Assembly: GCA_049515535.1 (NCBI GenBank)
Contig: JBEKTZ010000001.1
Coordinates: 392,599-456,598 of the forward strand
Direction: 5' to 3'
Source: Candidatus Aminicenantales bacterium
GTDB taxonomy: Bacteria > Acidobacteriota > Aminicenantia > Aminicenantales > UBA4085
Length of the DNA: 64,000 nt
The translations under genes and the position numbers were made by a program. The stretch's first letter is position 1. Every line of letters starts with the position of its first letter. Below are positions 48,480 through 58,894 of the stretch, in pieces. The notes below the pieces were generated by a model. That model searched no databases. It was not told where the DNA came from and worked only from the letters and a program-made list of their open reading frames with translations.

Positions 48480-49373
48480 ATGGATCATCCAAGAATATCA
48501 CGTCTCAGCGCCGTTCTTTTCGTGATCTCTTGCGCGGGAGGGAACGTGATCGATTTTGGACCGGCCATCCCCAAAAAAATCCTGGACTGGCAGGCGACCG
48601 GAAGAGACATGGTCTACGACCGGAAAACACTCTTCGATTATACGGACGGAGGCGCCGAGGTCTATCTGGCTTTCGATTTCAAACAGGCCTTCGTCCGCAA
48701 ATACAAAGGGCCTGCCCAGGAGGAGATCGCCCTCGATATCTACGATATGGGCTCGCCGGAGGAAGCTTACGGCATTTTCTCGTGCGATAGGCAGGACCCG
48801 GACGCGGGAATCGGGCAGGAATCGGAATATGGACCCGGCCTGCTGAGATTCCGGCAGGGCCGCTACTTCGTCTCGATCACAGCGGCCGGCGACGAACAAA
48901 AATCGGAAAAAGCGATTCTCGAACTCGGGAGAACCGTGGCCCCGCTTCTCGGCCCGCCCGGCGCCCCGCCGGCCATCCTTAAATGTCTGCCGGAAAACGG
49001 CTTGAAAAATGAACGGACCAGCTATTTTCATGGCGTCATCAACCTGAACAATCGGTTTTTCGTCGCCGGCGAGAACATCCTGAACTTGGACGCGCGGACG
49101 GACTGCGTCTTCGCCGAATACGCCCCGAGCGCGACGGAATCGGCGAAGCTTCTCTTCATCTGTTATCCGGACGAAGGCCTCGCCCAAGCGGCTTATCGGT
49201 CCTTCTGCGCCTCCTATCCGCCCAAAGGCTTGCCGGCGGGCGCGGCGCAGGCGGAAAATCGGATGTGGACCATGATCCGGGCAAAAAAGAGATATGTGGC
49301 CGTCGTCTTCGACGCGCCGTCGAAAGAATTCGCGGAGCGTCTTCACTCCGCCGTTCGATATCCCCAGGAATGA
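48480..49373 (+). CDS. Exported/lipoprotein hypothetical, DUF6599-like (copy 2; start uncertain)
   Basis: LFDYTDGGAEVY and LDIYDMGSPEEAYGIF; paralogue of 33962-34966; possible lipobox VISC. Confidence 0.72.
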   Translation: MDHPRISRLSAVLFVISCAGGNVIDFGPAIPKKILDWQATGRDMVYDRKTLFDYTDGGAEVYLAFDFKQAFVRKYKGPAQEEIALDIYDMGSPEEAYGIFSCDRQDPDAGIGQESEYGPGLLRFRQGRYFVSITAAGDEQKSEKAILELGRTVAPLLGPPGAPPAILKCLPENGLKNERTSYFHGVINLNNRFFVAGENILNLDARTDCVFAEYAPSATESAKLLFICYPDEGLAQAAYRSFCASYPPKGLPAGAAQAENRMWTMIRAKKRYVAVVFDAPSKEFAERLHSAVRYPQE

Positions 49374-49380
49374 GGCCAGC

Positions 49381-50262
49381 ATGAAACACGCTCTGACGCG
49401 CCGCGATTTCATCCGCGGCACCACGCTCGCCGTCCTCGGAACGGCCGTCGGCTTCCCCCAGGAATCCGCTTCCCCGGCGAAGAAATCCCGGGTGATCCTC
49501 ATCCGCCATCCGGACGCCCTGGATGAAAACTCCCAGTTCAACGAGAAGGTCATCCGCCAGATGCTGGACGAAGCCGTCATGAAGCTCACGGACCAGGGCG
49601 ATCCCATCGCGGCCTTCCGCAAGCTGGTTAAAGCGGAAGACATCGTCGGCATTAAAAGCAATGTCTGGTCCTATCTCCCGACGCCGCCCGAGGTCGAGAA
49701 GGCCGTCAAGCTCCGGCTACTCGACGCCGGCGTGAAGGAGGAAAACATCGGGATCGACGATCACAACGTGAGAACGAACCCGATTTTCATCAAATCCACG
49801 GCCCTGATCAACGCCCGCCCGCTCCGGACGCATTATCTGGCCGGCATGTCCGGCTGCATCAAGAACTACATCATGTTCGACGTCTCCCAGCCGGCCCACC
49901 ATCCCGACAACTGCGCCGATTTGGGCACCTTGTTCAATCTCCCTCAGGTCAAGGGAAAGACCCGGCTGAACATCCTCTGCGTTTTGACGCCGCAGTATTA
50001 CGGGCGCGGTCCCCATAATTTCAATCGCCGCTACGTCTGGAATTACAAAGGCCTGATCGTGGGCCAAGACCCGGTGGCCGTCGATACCATCGGCCTGCGG
50101 CTGCTCATGGCCAAGCGCCGCAAGGAACTCGGCCCGGCCCAGGAACTCCCGCCGGTCCCCAAACACATCCAGCTCGCGGACACGAGGTACGGGATCGGGA
50201 CCAGCGATCCCGCCAAAATCGATCTGATCAAGCTGGGCTGGACAGACGGAATCCTGATTTAA
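49381..50262 (+). CDS. Tat-exported DUF362-family protein (copy 2)
   Basis: TRRDFIR signal; VGIKSN, RTHYLAGMSGCIKNY, DPVAVD. Confidence 0.8.
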   Translation: MKHALTRRDFIRGTTLAVLGTAVGFPQESASPAKKSRVILIRHPDALDENSQFNEKVIRQMLDEAVMKLTDQGDPIAAFRKLVKAEDIVGIKSNVWSYLPTPPEVEKAVKLRLLDAGVKEENIGIDDHNVRTNPIFIKSTALINARPLRTHYLAGMSGCIKNYIMFDVSQPAHHPDNCADLGTLFNLPQVKGKTRLNILCVLTPQYYGRGPHNFNRRYVWNYKGLIVGQDPVAVDTIGLRLLMAKRRKELGPAQELPPVPKHIQLADTRYGIGTSDPAKIDLIKLGWTDGILI

Positions 50263-50283
50263 ACCGGAAGGACCCAAGCGAAC

Positions 50284-52125
50284 ATGTTCAAGCTAAAATT
50301 CAGAAATCGGGGGCTCGCTTTGATGATTGTCCTCGGCGCGTTTCCAGCGTTTTTCGGGGGCGCTCAAGACGTCCAAAAGCTCTCTTATGCCGGCTCGGCG
50401 CTGTGGACAAAGGCGCAGGACATCGCAGTTCAGGGCCATCTGGCTTATTGCGTTTTCCAGAACGGCCTGATCATCCTGGACATCTCCGATGTCAAGAATC
50501 CCGCCCGGCTCTCCCAATTGTATCTCGGCGGCGGATTCGCGCTCGCGGTCAAAGACCGCCTGGCCTTCGTCGCCGCCGGCGATAAAGGACTGGCCGTCAT
50601 CGACGTCACCGACCCGAAATCTCCCCTCCTCAAAAGCACGCTGAAGATCGAAGGCGAGGCGCGGGATATCGTTCTATCCGAAAATCATGCGTTCGTGGCG
50701 GCCGGAAGCGCGGGCCTCGTCGTCGCCGACGTCCGCAATCCGTCGGCTCCGAAACTCGTCGGGAAATGGAATTCGGCGGGCGAGGCGCTCGGCCTGGCCC
50801 TCCGGGGAGATGTCCTCTATCTGGCCGCCGGAAGCGCAGGATTGCAAATCGTCAATATCAAGGATCCCGCCAAGCCGGCGCCGGTCGGAGCCCTCGACAC
50901 GGACGGGACGGCGGAAGGGATCGCTCTCGCCGGCAATGTCGCCTGGATTGCCGACGGCGCCTCGGGAATCAAAGGCATCGACATCGGCAACCCGAGCGCC
51001 CCGCGCCTCGTTGCGACGCAGCCCGCTTCCGGCTACGCCCACAGCGTTTCGGTCGAAGGAAGAACCCTCTGCGCCGGCAATCTCTACGACGGAGGGTTTC
51101 AGATCATCGACGTCTCCAATCCCGGCGCGCCGGCCGTCGCTTCGACCAACAAATACTCGATGTATAACGAAGCCTGGAAAGTACTCCTCAAGGGAAACCT
51201 CGTATATGTCGTGGACTATTTTTCGGGAATCTTCTTCATGGACATTTCGAACGCCCAACAGCCGCAGACGGCCGGCTCATACTTCACGCCGAGCTCGATC
51301 GTCGCCGCCGCGGCCCAGGATCATTTCGCTTATGCCGTCGGAGAACTGTCCGGGCTCCAGGTCCTCGATATCGCCGATCCCGCCCTTCCCCAATCCGTCG
51401 GCGCGACCGAGATTTTCCGGGGCGTGCAGGGCCTGGCCGTGAGCGGGGATTATGCCTACGTCACCGATCGCTGGTCGATTAGAATCTTCGATATTAAAAC
51501 ACCGGCCAAACCCCGTTTCGTCCGGCTTTTCAACACGCCGGGAGGCGTCCCCCGCACGATCGTCGTTAAAGGGAACTATGCCTATCTCACCGCCGACCTC
51601 GCCGGTCTTCATGTGATCGATATCGCGAACCCCCAATCTCCCAAGGTCGTCGGAACTTATCCAATGCCCGGCTTCACCTACGGCTTGGCCGTGGAAGGCG
51701 ATTATGTCTATCTGGCCCACAGCGACACGGGTCTCCATATTTTGGATGTCCGCAATCCCGCCGCCCCTGTCCATGTCGGCTCGCTGAAACTCGACGGCGA
51801 GCCCTACGGCGTCGCGGTGCGGGGGAATTTCGCCTTCGTGGCTTCGGGCCCGGCCGGCCTCATCATCATCGACATCAGCCACCCTGAAGCTCCCAAAATC
51901 GCGGCCTCATGTCCCGTCGAGGATTTCGCCAATGCCGTCGTCCTCGACGGCGATTACGCGTTCGTCTCGGACGGGAATGCCGGAATCAAGAAGATCAGCA
52001 TCGCCCGTCCCGCCGCCCCGAAGTTCGTTGCCGGTTTCGATACGCCGGGCGAATCGCAGAGCATCGTCCTCCGCGGCCCATGGATTTTCGTCGCCGACTC
52101 CAATTCGCTGATCGTATTGAAATAG
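50284..52125 (+). CDS. Exported LVIVD-repeat beta-propeller protein
   Basis: About 13-14 repeats of ~40 aa of the form G..AYVA....GL.IIDVS.P..P. Confidence 0.88.
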   Translation: MFKLKFRNRGLALMIVLGAFPAFFGGAQDVQKLSYAGSALWTKAQDIAVQGHLAYCVFQNGLIILDISDVKNPARLSQLYLGGGFALAVKDRLAFVAAGDKGLAVIDVTDPKSPLLKSTLKIEGEARDIVLSENHAFVAAGSAGLVVADVRNPSAPKLVGKWNSAGEALGLALRGDVLYLAAGSAGLQIVNIKDPAKPAPVGALDTDGTAEGIALAGNVAWIADGASGIKGIDIGNPSAPRLVATQPASGYAHSVSVEGRTLCAGNLYDGGFQIIDVSNPGAPAVASTNKYSMYNEAWKVLLKGNLVYVVDYFSGIFFMDISNAQQPQTAGSYFTPSSIVAAAAQDHFAYAVGELSGLQVLDIADPALPQSVGATEIFRGVQGLAVSGDYAYVTDRWSIRIFDIKTPAKPRFVRLFNTPGGVPRTIVVKGNYAYLTADLAGLHVIDIANPQSPKVVGTYPMPGFTYGLAVEGDYVYLAHSDTGLHILDVRNPAAPVHVGSLKLDGEPYGVAVRGNFAFVASGPAGLIIIDISHPEAPKIAASCPVEDFANAVVLDGDYAFVSDGNAGIKKISIARPAAPKFVAGFDTPGESQSIVLRGPWIFVADSNSLIVLK

Positions 52126-52199
52126 CGGATAAATCCCGGACCGGCAACGCCGGCGGAATCCGGGGATTGTCCGAGAATCAGGTCAAAGGAGGACGGGTC

Positions 52200-53966
52200 A
52201 TGAAAAATAGCTATTCTTCCAAGAGGGCGGTTCCGATCCTCGCGGCCGCCGCGGTTCTCGCTTCCATCCTGTCGATGGCGGGCTGCTCGAGCGGACAAAC
52301 CACGCCGGCGAAGCTCAAATTCGCCATCTCCTTCTCCGCCGAAAAATCGAAAACGCCGCTCGACGGCCGGATGCTTCTTTTGATCTCAAAAAGCGGAGAG
52401 GGCGAACCCAGAAACGAGATCAACGACGGACCGAAGACGCAATTGATCTTCGGCCTCGACGTGGACGGCCTGCAGCCAGGCCGGGAAGCGGTCCTCGACG
52501 CCGCGGCCTACGGTTATCCGCTCAAAAGCATTTCCGAGATCCCGGCCGGCGAATATGACGTCCAAGCGCTCCTCAACAGGTACGAGACTTTCCATCGCGC
52601 CGACGGCCGCACGGTGAAACTCCCGCCCGACCTGGGAGAAGGCCAGAGATGGAATGAGAAGCCGGGAAATCTCTACAGCACGCCGCGAAAAATCGCGCTG
52701 GATCCGGCCAAGAAGGATGTCATCAAAATCGAGCTGGACAAGGAAATCCCGCCCATCCAAGCGCCGCGGGACACGTCCTACATCAAGCACGAGAAGATCC
52801 GGAGCGCGCTCCTCAGCGAATTCTGGGGGCGGCCGATGGACATCGGCGCCTGCATCCTGCTGCCCGAAGGCTTCGACGCTCATCCGAACGCCCATTACCC
52901 GCTGGTCATCTACCATGGGCACTTTCCCGCCACCTTCGAGGGTTTTCGCCCGGAGCCGCCCGATCCCGACCTCAAGCCCGATTTCAGCGAGCGATTTCAC
53001 ATCCCGGGATACAACAAGATCCAGCAGGAATACGCTCATCGGTTTTATGAGGAATGGACGGGGAAGAATTTCCCGCGCGTCATCCTGATCGAGATCCAGC
53101 ACGCCAACCCGTATTACGACGATTCCTACGCCGTCAACTCGGCCAACCTCGGCCCGTACGGCGATGCCATTGTCCGCGAGCTCATCCCCTATATCGAGAA
53201 GAAATACCGCGGCATCGGCCGGGGCTGGGCGCGGTTCATGTACGGCGGCTCGACCGGCGGCTGGGAAGCGCTCGCCGCGCAGATCTTCTACCCCGACGAG
53301 TTCAACGGCTGCTGGGCGGCCTGCCCCGATCCGATCGATTTTCGCGCCTATACGATCATCAACATTTACGATCACAAGAACGCTTATTACCAGGACGCCG
53401 ACTGGAAAAAGACGCCGCGGCCCGGCCTGCGCAATTATCTCGGCGAAGTGGCCACGACGCTCGAGCAGGCGAACCAGCGGGAGCAGGCGATCGCGACGCG
53501 CGGCCGTTCGGGCGAGCAATGGGACATCTGGCAAGCGGTTTTCAGTCCGGTCGGCGAGGACGGCTATCCCAAGCCGATCTGGGACAGGCTGACCGGGCAA
53601 ATCGATCCCGCCGTCGCCCAATTTTGGAAAGAGCATTACGACCTGGGCTATATCCTTCAGCGCGACTGGAAGACGCTCGGGCCGAAGCTCCAGGGAAAAA
53701 TCCATATCTACGTCGGCGACATGGACAACTATTATCTCAATAACGCCGTCTACTTGATGGAATCGTTCCTTGAAAGCACGAAGGAGCCGTATTATGCCGG
53801 AGAAGTCAAATACGGCGACCGGGCCGAGCATTGTTGGAACGGCGACCCGACGCGGCCGAATTACTTATCTCGGCTGCGGTATCATGAAATGTACATCCCA
53901 AAGGCCGTGGAACGACTCCTGAAGACCGCCCCGCTCGGCGCGGATCTGACGAGCTGGAGATACTGA
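52200..53966 (+). CDS. Lipoprotein with alpha/beta-hydrolase (esterase-like) domain
   Basis: Lipobox MAGC; nucleophile elbow GGSTGG; LSEFWGRPM...ILLP; NSANLGPYGDA. Confidence 0.8.
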   Translation: MKNSYSSKRAVPILAAAAVLASILSMAGCSSGQTTPAKLKFAISFSAEKSKTPLDGRMLLLISKSGEGEPRNEINDGPKTQLIFGLDVDGLQPGREAVLDAAAYGYPLKSISEIPAGEYDVQALLNRYETFHRADGRTVKLPPDLGEGQRWNEKPGNLYSTPRKIALDPAKKDVIKIELDKEIPPIQAPRDTSYIKHEKIRSALLSEFWGRPMDIGACILLPEGFDAHPNAHYPLVIYHGHFPATFEGFRPEPPDPDLKPDFSERFHIPGYNKIQQEYAHRFYEEWTGKNFPRVILIEIQHANPYYDDSYAVNSANLGPYGDAIVRELIPYIEKKYRGIGRGWARFMYGGSTGGWEALAAQIFYPDEFNGCWAACPDPIDFRAYTIINIYDHKNAYYQDADWKKTPRPGLRNYLGEVATTLEQANQREQAIATRGRSGEQWDIWQAVFSPVGEDGYPKPIWDRLTGQIDPAVAQFWKEHYDLGYILQRDWKTLGPKLQGKIHIYVGDMDNYYLNNAVYLMESFLESTKEPYYAGEVKYGDRAEHCWNGDPTRPNYLSRLRYHEMYIPKAVERLLKTAPLGADLTSWRY

Positions 53967-53971
53967 CATTC

Positions 53972-53988
53972 CCCTCTTTTAAAGAGGG
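53972..53988. terminator. Hairpin between convergent genes
   Basis: CCCTCTTT-T-AAAGAGGG. Confidence 0.4.
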
Positions 53989-53995
53989 CCGCGCT

Positions 53996-55084
53996 TTACA
54001 GCGCGTATTTATAAATCGTCATTCCGGCCACGGGCTTTTCTTTCCCTTTATAGATATTCCAGTAATATTCTCTGGCCGCGGCGAGCTTGCCGTAGAGCGG
54101 ATGCTTTTCGTCGGGCGTGTGAATGGAGACGATTTTCGCCCCGGCGTCCACCAGGACGAGCTTTTGGCAGCGGTTCAGAATTCCGGCGGTGCCGACGCTG
54201 CACACCGCCACGATCTCGCCGGCCTTGACCCTGTCTGAAAGCTCCCCGTATGTCAGATGCCGTTCCTCGACGTTGACACCCATCTCTCTCAGGATGGCCG
54301 CGATCCCCTGGATCGTGACCGAGGGCAGGATGAGGTCGCTCTCCGGAATCTTGACGACAGTGCTGTCCCGCAGGGCGAACAGGCAGCAGGAGGAGTCCCA
54401 CTCGGTGATATGCCGCTTCTCCAGCGGAAGATCGAGCCGATCGTCGAGGAAAAGCGCCGCCGCGGCATCCGGCGCGATCCTTTTGGCCTCCTCGCAGGCC
54501 TTGACGCTCATTAGATAATTGACGCCGAGCTTGAGGCAGCCCATCTTGTTGGCCCCCACGGCGCGGATCATGTGGGGGATGACGACGCCGCTGAACGGCT
54601 CGCCCATATAGCGATCGTAGCGGTTGACTCCGGCCCGGATGGCGGGCCGGTTGGGAAAGGTGACCCCGATGGACTGTTCCTCATCCACCGTGAACGGCCG
54701 CAGATAACCCTGCGCGCCGAGAGCCGCCATCTCCTCGAAGAAGCCGCGCATCTCGGGCTCCTTGAAAAAGCGGTGGATGAAAAGGTTCTCGAGCTCGTCC
54801 GTGGTCGGAACGAGGTGTTCCTGTTCGCGGCCGATGTTGAAGGCTATCGCCCTCTGGAAGCGCTCGAGGTTTTTATGCCAGTTCAGCATGGTGATCTCGA
54901 GCCGGCCCTCGGTGTTTTTCCGGCAAAAGAAGCGGATCCCCTCGAAGGCAAGAAAGAGGGCGTAATGAACGGACCTGGATATGGCGTAAACCTGGGCGCC
55001 GACGTCGAGGAGCTCATACTCCTTGTCCGGAAGCCCGTAGCGCATCTGCTTGGAAGCCCACTGAATCCCCTCGAATTTCGCCAT
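53996..55084 (-). CDS. Class IV PLP aminotransferase (branched-chain aminotransferase-like, divergent)
   Basis: VHYAL..AFEGIR, YLRPF, LKLGVNY (catalytic Lys), ILPSVT, VGTAG. Confidence 0.8.
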   Translation of the reverse strand: MAKFEGIQWASKQMRYGLPDKEYELLDVGAQVYAISRSVHYALFLAFEGIRFFCRKNTEGRLEITMLNWHKNLERFQRAIAFNIGREQEHLVPTTDELENLFIHRFFKEPEMRGFFEEMAALGAQGYLRPFTVDEEQSIGVTFPNRPAIRAGVNRYDRYMGEPFSGVVIPHMIRAVGANKMGCLKLGVNYLMSVKACEEAKRIAPDAAAALFLDDRLDLPLEKRHITEWDSSCCLFALRDSTVVKIPESDLILPSVTIQGIAAILREMGVNVEERHLTYGELSDRVKAGEIVAVCSVGTAGILNRCQKLVLVDAGAKIVSIHTPDEKHPLYGKLAAAREYYWNIYKGKEKPVAGMTIYKYAL

Positions 55085-55293
55085 TCGAAATCTCCTTTAA
55101 AAAGGCGTTGACGAGTTCGTCTTTATAGTCGCTCCTTGAACCGAAAGAAATTTCCCCTTCAAGGGCGATAAAGAAACGTTACTTTACCATAAAAGCCGCG
55201 CCTCGCGTCAACCCCGGATTGTCTTTGACAGGAACCGCGCGTTTGCCATATAATTGAAAAAGGGACGTATCCAATTCATTAAAAGGAGATCTT

Positions 55294-55770
55294 ATGAAAA
55301 AACCCGCCTTCATCGCCTTCGCGGTTTTGGCTTTATTTTTCGTTTCCTCCAGGGAGCTCGCGGCCCAGTCGGATGTCGCCCTGAATATCGGCGTCATCAC
55401 GGATAAATCCTTCAGCTTCAATCCGTTCCTTTGGATAATGGGCCTGTCCTTCGATTTTTATTTGACCCCCTCTCTATCCTTGAGCCCCGAGATATATATG
55501 GCCGTCCACAATTCCGATTTCGGGACGATTTTAGTGGCGCCGGCGGTTCTGCTGAATTTCCAAGGCGACGGGTTCTTCCTGGGCGGAGGCTTTACCAAAT
55601 GGTGGGCGCTGGGCCGCGACGTCGCGGGTTCTCCTTCGTCCAATGTCGCCCTGAAATGGAACGCCGGGCTGAAGGGCGGCAGCATCAAGCTGACCGCGTT
55701 CGTGATCACGCCTTTCAATAATATCTTCCAGGATATGGCCGTGGGTGCCGCGTTCGGGTTCTACTTCTGA
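55294..55770 (+). CDS. Small outer-membrane beta-barrel protein
   Basis: Signal peptide, amphipathic strands, terminal GFYF; AGGAG SD; TTGACA-18-TATAAT upstream. Confidence 0.72.
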   Translation: MKKPAFIAFAVLALFFVSSRELAAQSDVALNIGVITDKSFSFNPFLWIMGLSFDFYLTPSLSLSPEIYMAVHNSDFGTILVAPAVLLNFQGDGFFLGGGFTKWWALGRDVAGSPSSNVALKWNAGLKGGSIKLTAFVITPFNNIFQDMAVGAAFGFYF

Positions 55771-55829
55771 TTCGCCGTCGCCGCGACCCGGACCGCCCGG
55801 ACCATGGGCGATCTTTCATTCCCCGTTAA

Positions 55830-57524
55830 TTACAATCCGCCGCGGAGCAGGAACCAGAATTTCCCGGTGAGCTCCTCGTATTTATTCATGGCCGCCCGGG
55901 CGAAGTCGTTCGTGTACTTCGTCAGGTATTCGTTCGGCTTGAACGGTTCCTTGTCGGGCGTCTTGCTGGCCAGGATCTCCTGGTATTTCTTCTCGACGAT
56001 GGGAAGTTCCATCAGCCCCTTCTCCTCGAACTCGCGGACCGTGTCCTCCATGATCTTCTGCGTGGCGCCCCATTTCACCGTGGCCAGGCGGTTGGCGCTG
56101 CGGAACGTCCAGCAGGCCGAATCCGTGCGGTAACGGTGCTGGGCGCAGACTTCGAAGCTCGGCGGAAGCGCCGTTACGCCGGCGAAAACCGGGAACCGGG
56201 CGCTCAGACCGGGATTGTCAAAAGCGAACCAGCAGACCGTACCGACCGCGGGAGGCAGCCAGCCGCGGCACTGGAGGATCGTGGCGTAGGAGCAGCCGCT
56301 GATGGCGATCGTCCTCTGCGATTGGATCGTGCCCGGCTTGAGTGTGTTGACGAGCTGCATAAGATCGTTGGACATCCAGGGCTGGGCCAGCGGGCTCTTC
56401 ATCAATTCGGGCGCCGCGGGCTGCGCGCCTTGGGCCGGAGGCTGGCCGGGCCGGCCCATCTGCCGCCGCGGAACCATGAGGTTTTTCGTCGCGTCGTATT
56501 CCGTGCCGGCATACGTTTCGCGGTACATTTTGAACATGTCGCGGACCGAGACCTTCTTCTCCGGCTTCACGGAGAGCGGAAGCTCGGGCCAGTCCATATT
56601 CAGCTTAAGCGAGGGCGCGAGGGTGCTCAAGACGTAAAATTCGCGGATCGAATACGGCTTGCGGCCGCCGCCGTAAGCTTTCCAGAATTTGAACGGCTCG
56701 CCGCCGTCCGCTTTCCACCAGCCCATGTCCTGGGCGACCTTGAAAATGTTGTCCGAAGCCATGTAATGGTCGGGGTCTTTGAGATTGATCTCGCTGATAC
56801 GGGGAATGTTCGCCGACAGGCCGACCTGGTCGTCCGGGATGCGGACCGCGGCCCAAACGCCGCCCTTCTCGAGGGGTCCGGCGCCCATGAATTCACAATG
56901 CCAGACTTCCTTGGCGTCGGCGATCGTGATGCATTCGCCGCTGTCGCCGTAGCCGTACAGCTTGATGAGCTCGCCGGCGAGCTTGATCGCTTCGCGCGCC
57001 GTCTTGCAGCGCTCCAGGATGAGCCGCTCGATCTCCTCGATCATGAACATGCCTTCCTGGTTGTAAAGCTCGCGGCGGCCGCCGATCGTCGTCTCGCCGA
57101 TGGCCAGGCCGGCTTCGTTCATGCAGGGATAACTGGTGTTCATGAAGGCGAACGTCTCTTCGACCTGGGGGATCTCGCCGGTCTGGATCATGCCGCGGAT
57201 GTCCGTGGACGTCTCGGTGTGCATCTTTCCGGAAAAGATTTTGTTCTTCGAGCCGGCCGGATACTTGGCGTGAGGGACGATGTTGAGCCAGGTCCGGTAA
57301 GGGCCGTCGCAGGTGTGCGCGGTCATGACCGAGCCGTCCTCCGAAGCGAGCCGGCCGACCTCAATGCTGGTGCAGCCGTCCGGGACGTCCGTCCAGACGT
57401 AAGGCCGGGCCGCGGCTTTTGTCTCCGGTTTCTGGGCGGAAACCGAGAACAGACAGAAGAAAACGACAAGGGCCGATAAAAAAACGATGCGCGTCGTCGC
57501 GCGTTTTCGGGTGAAGAGAGCCAT
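55830..57524 (-). CDS. Exported dipeptidase, peptidase family C69
   Basis: CTSIEVG (Ntn-hydrolase Cys), MNEAGLAIGETT, TAREAI, SANIPRI. Start ATG 57524 after AAGGAGG. Confidence 0.88.
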   Translation of the reverse strand: MALFTRKRATTRIVFLSALVVFFCLFSVSAQKPETKAAARPYVWTDVPDGCTSIEVGRLASEDGSVMTAHTCDGPYRTWLNIVPHAKYPAGSKNKIFSGKMHTETSTDIRGMIQTGEIPQVEETFAFMNTSYPCMNEAGLAIGETTIGGRRELYNQEGMFMIEEIERLILERCKTAREAIKLAGELIKLYGYGDSGECITIADAKEVWHCEFMGAGPLEKGGVWAAVRIPDDQVGLSANIPRISEINLKDPDHYMASDNIFKVAQDMGWWKADGGEPFKFWKAYGGGRKPYSIREFYVLSTLAPSLKLNMDWPELPLSVKPEKKVSVRDMFKMYRETYAGTEYDATKNLMVPRRQMGRPGQPPAQGAQPAAPELMKSPLAQPWMSNDLMQLVNTLKPGTIQSQRTIAISGCSYATILQCRGWLPPAVGTVCWFAFDNPGLSARFPVFAGVTALPPSFEVCAQHRYRTDSACWTFRSANRLATVKWGATQKIMEDTVREFEEKGLMELPIVEKKYQEILASKTPDKEPFKPNEYLTKYTNDFARAAMNKYEELTGKFWFLLRGGL

Positions 57525-57745
57525 GTTATGCGTCCTCCTTAAAGAATCCTCATTATTGATGAGGCGCGCCTCCTCTGTCAACCCATTTCGCGATGTTTCA
57601 ACTCTGCCTCGTCTTGGAAACTGTACTACGGTCAGATTTCACGATTCTTCAACTCTTCAACGATGGGGCGCGACGTTCCGTCCGTGCGCCCGTTGAATAA
57701 ATCCGGCGTTCATTTTATATTGATATCCGAAAAAAGGAGAATTCC

Positions 57746-58884
57746 GTGAAAAAAATCGCGATCATTGGATCCGGCATCGGCGGCCTGACGACCGGCTGCC
57801 TGCTGGCCAAAAAAGGGCATTCCGTCACGATCTTCGAATCGCACACGAGCCCCGGCGGCTACACCGCCGGGTTCAGGCGCAAGGGATATTATTTCGAAAG
57901 CGGGACGCTCGCCTTCGAAAGCTCCGGCGTCATGTTCAAAACGCTCGACGACCTCGGGCTCAGGGACAAGATCCATGTCATCCGGAAAAAAGACCGCTGG
58001 GTTTCCCCACCAAGGACTATTGGCACGTCGTCGAAGGCATGCAGCACCTAGCCGATGCCCTGGCGGGAAGATTCAAGGAATTCGGCGGCACGCTCGAGTG
58101 CTCCAGCCCCGTCGAAAAGATCCTGACAAAGGACGGCGCGGCGGTCGGCGTGGTCGTCAAGGGCGCGACCCGCGAAGCGGACATCGTCGTCTCCGCCTGC
58201 GACTACAAAAGCACGTTTCTCAAATGGCTGGATGACCCTTCGATCTTACCCGCCGGGCAGTTGGAGAAAATCAGGAACGCCGCGGTCTCCGAGGGCATAT
58301 TCACCGTCTATCTGGGGCTCAAGCTCCCGAACGAAGAGCTGGAGAAGTCCATGCGGGCCTTCAGCGTTTCATACCACGCGCTCGCGGACGACCTCGATTT
58401 CGACGATCCGCGCGACGCGGATCATTTCCGCAAATGCGGCTTCAGCCTGCATTCCCTCTCGCTCGTCAACCCGGACCTCGCTCCGAAGGGAAAATCATCG
58501 CTCATGATCCAGGCCATCTGCCCCGTCCGGTGGCAGGACAACTGGCGCGAAGGCGACAGGGAAAAATATCTGGAGCTCAAAGAACGCGTGAAAACGACGC
58601 TGATCGAACGGGCGGAGTTCATCATTCCGGGTCTCAGAAATCAGATCGAATTCATGGACGCGGCCACCCCCCTGACTTACGAGCGATATACGGGCAATGC
58701 CGACGGCGCCACGTCCGCCTGGTCGTGGAATCCCCAAAAGAAATTTTACGAGGGCGGAATGATGAAAATAACGGTGAAAACGGCCGTGAAAAATCTGCTG
58801 ATCGGATCGTGCTGGGTCGGGCAGATCGGCGGCATCCCGAATGCGCTCGCCGCCGCTTATATATGCTCGAAAAAGATCAAATGA
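57746..58884 (+). pseudogene. Phytoene desaturase-family FAD oxidoreductase, frameshifted and apparently internally deleted
   Basis: GSGIGG Rossmann motif in ORF 57746-58051; the C-terminal part (KDYWHVVEGMQHLADAL...ATPLTYERYTGN) is in another frame from about 58010. Confidence 0.75.
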
Positions 58885-58894
58885 GCCGGGCTTT

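Noticed and set aside
48405..48480. c-di-GMP-I riboswitch suggested by GCAAAGCC
   Set aside because: It lacks the upstream GGCAAACC-GAAA-GG stem and the tetraloop receptor; the sequence is better explained as a palindromic repeat.
48331..48525. 64-aa ORF spanning the palindromic element as a leader peptide
   Set aside because: Its ATG lies immediately after the predicted -10 box, upstream of the likely TSS, and the sequence is repeat-derived.
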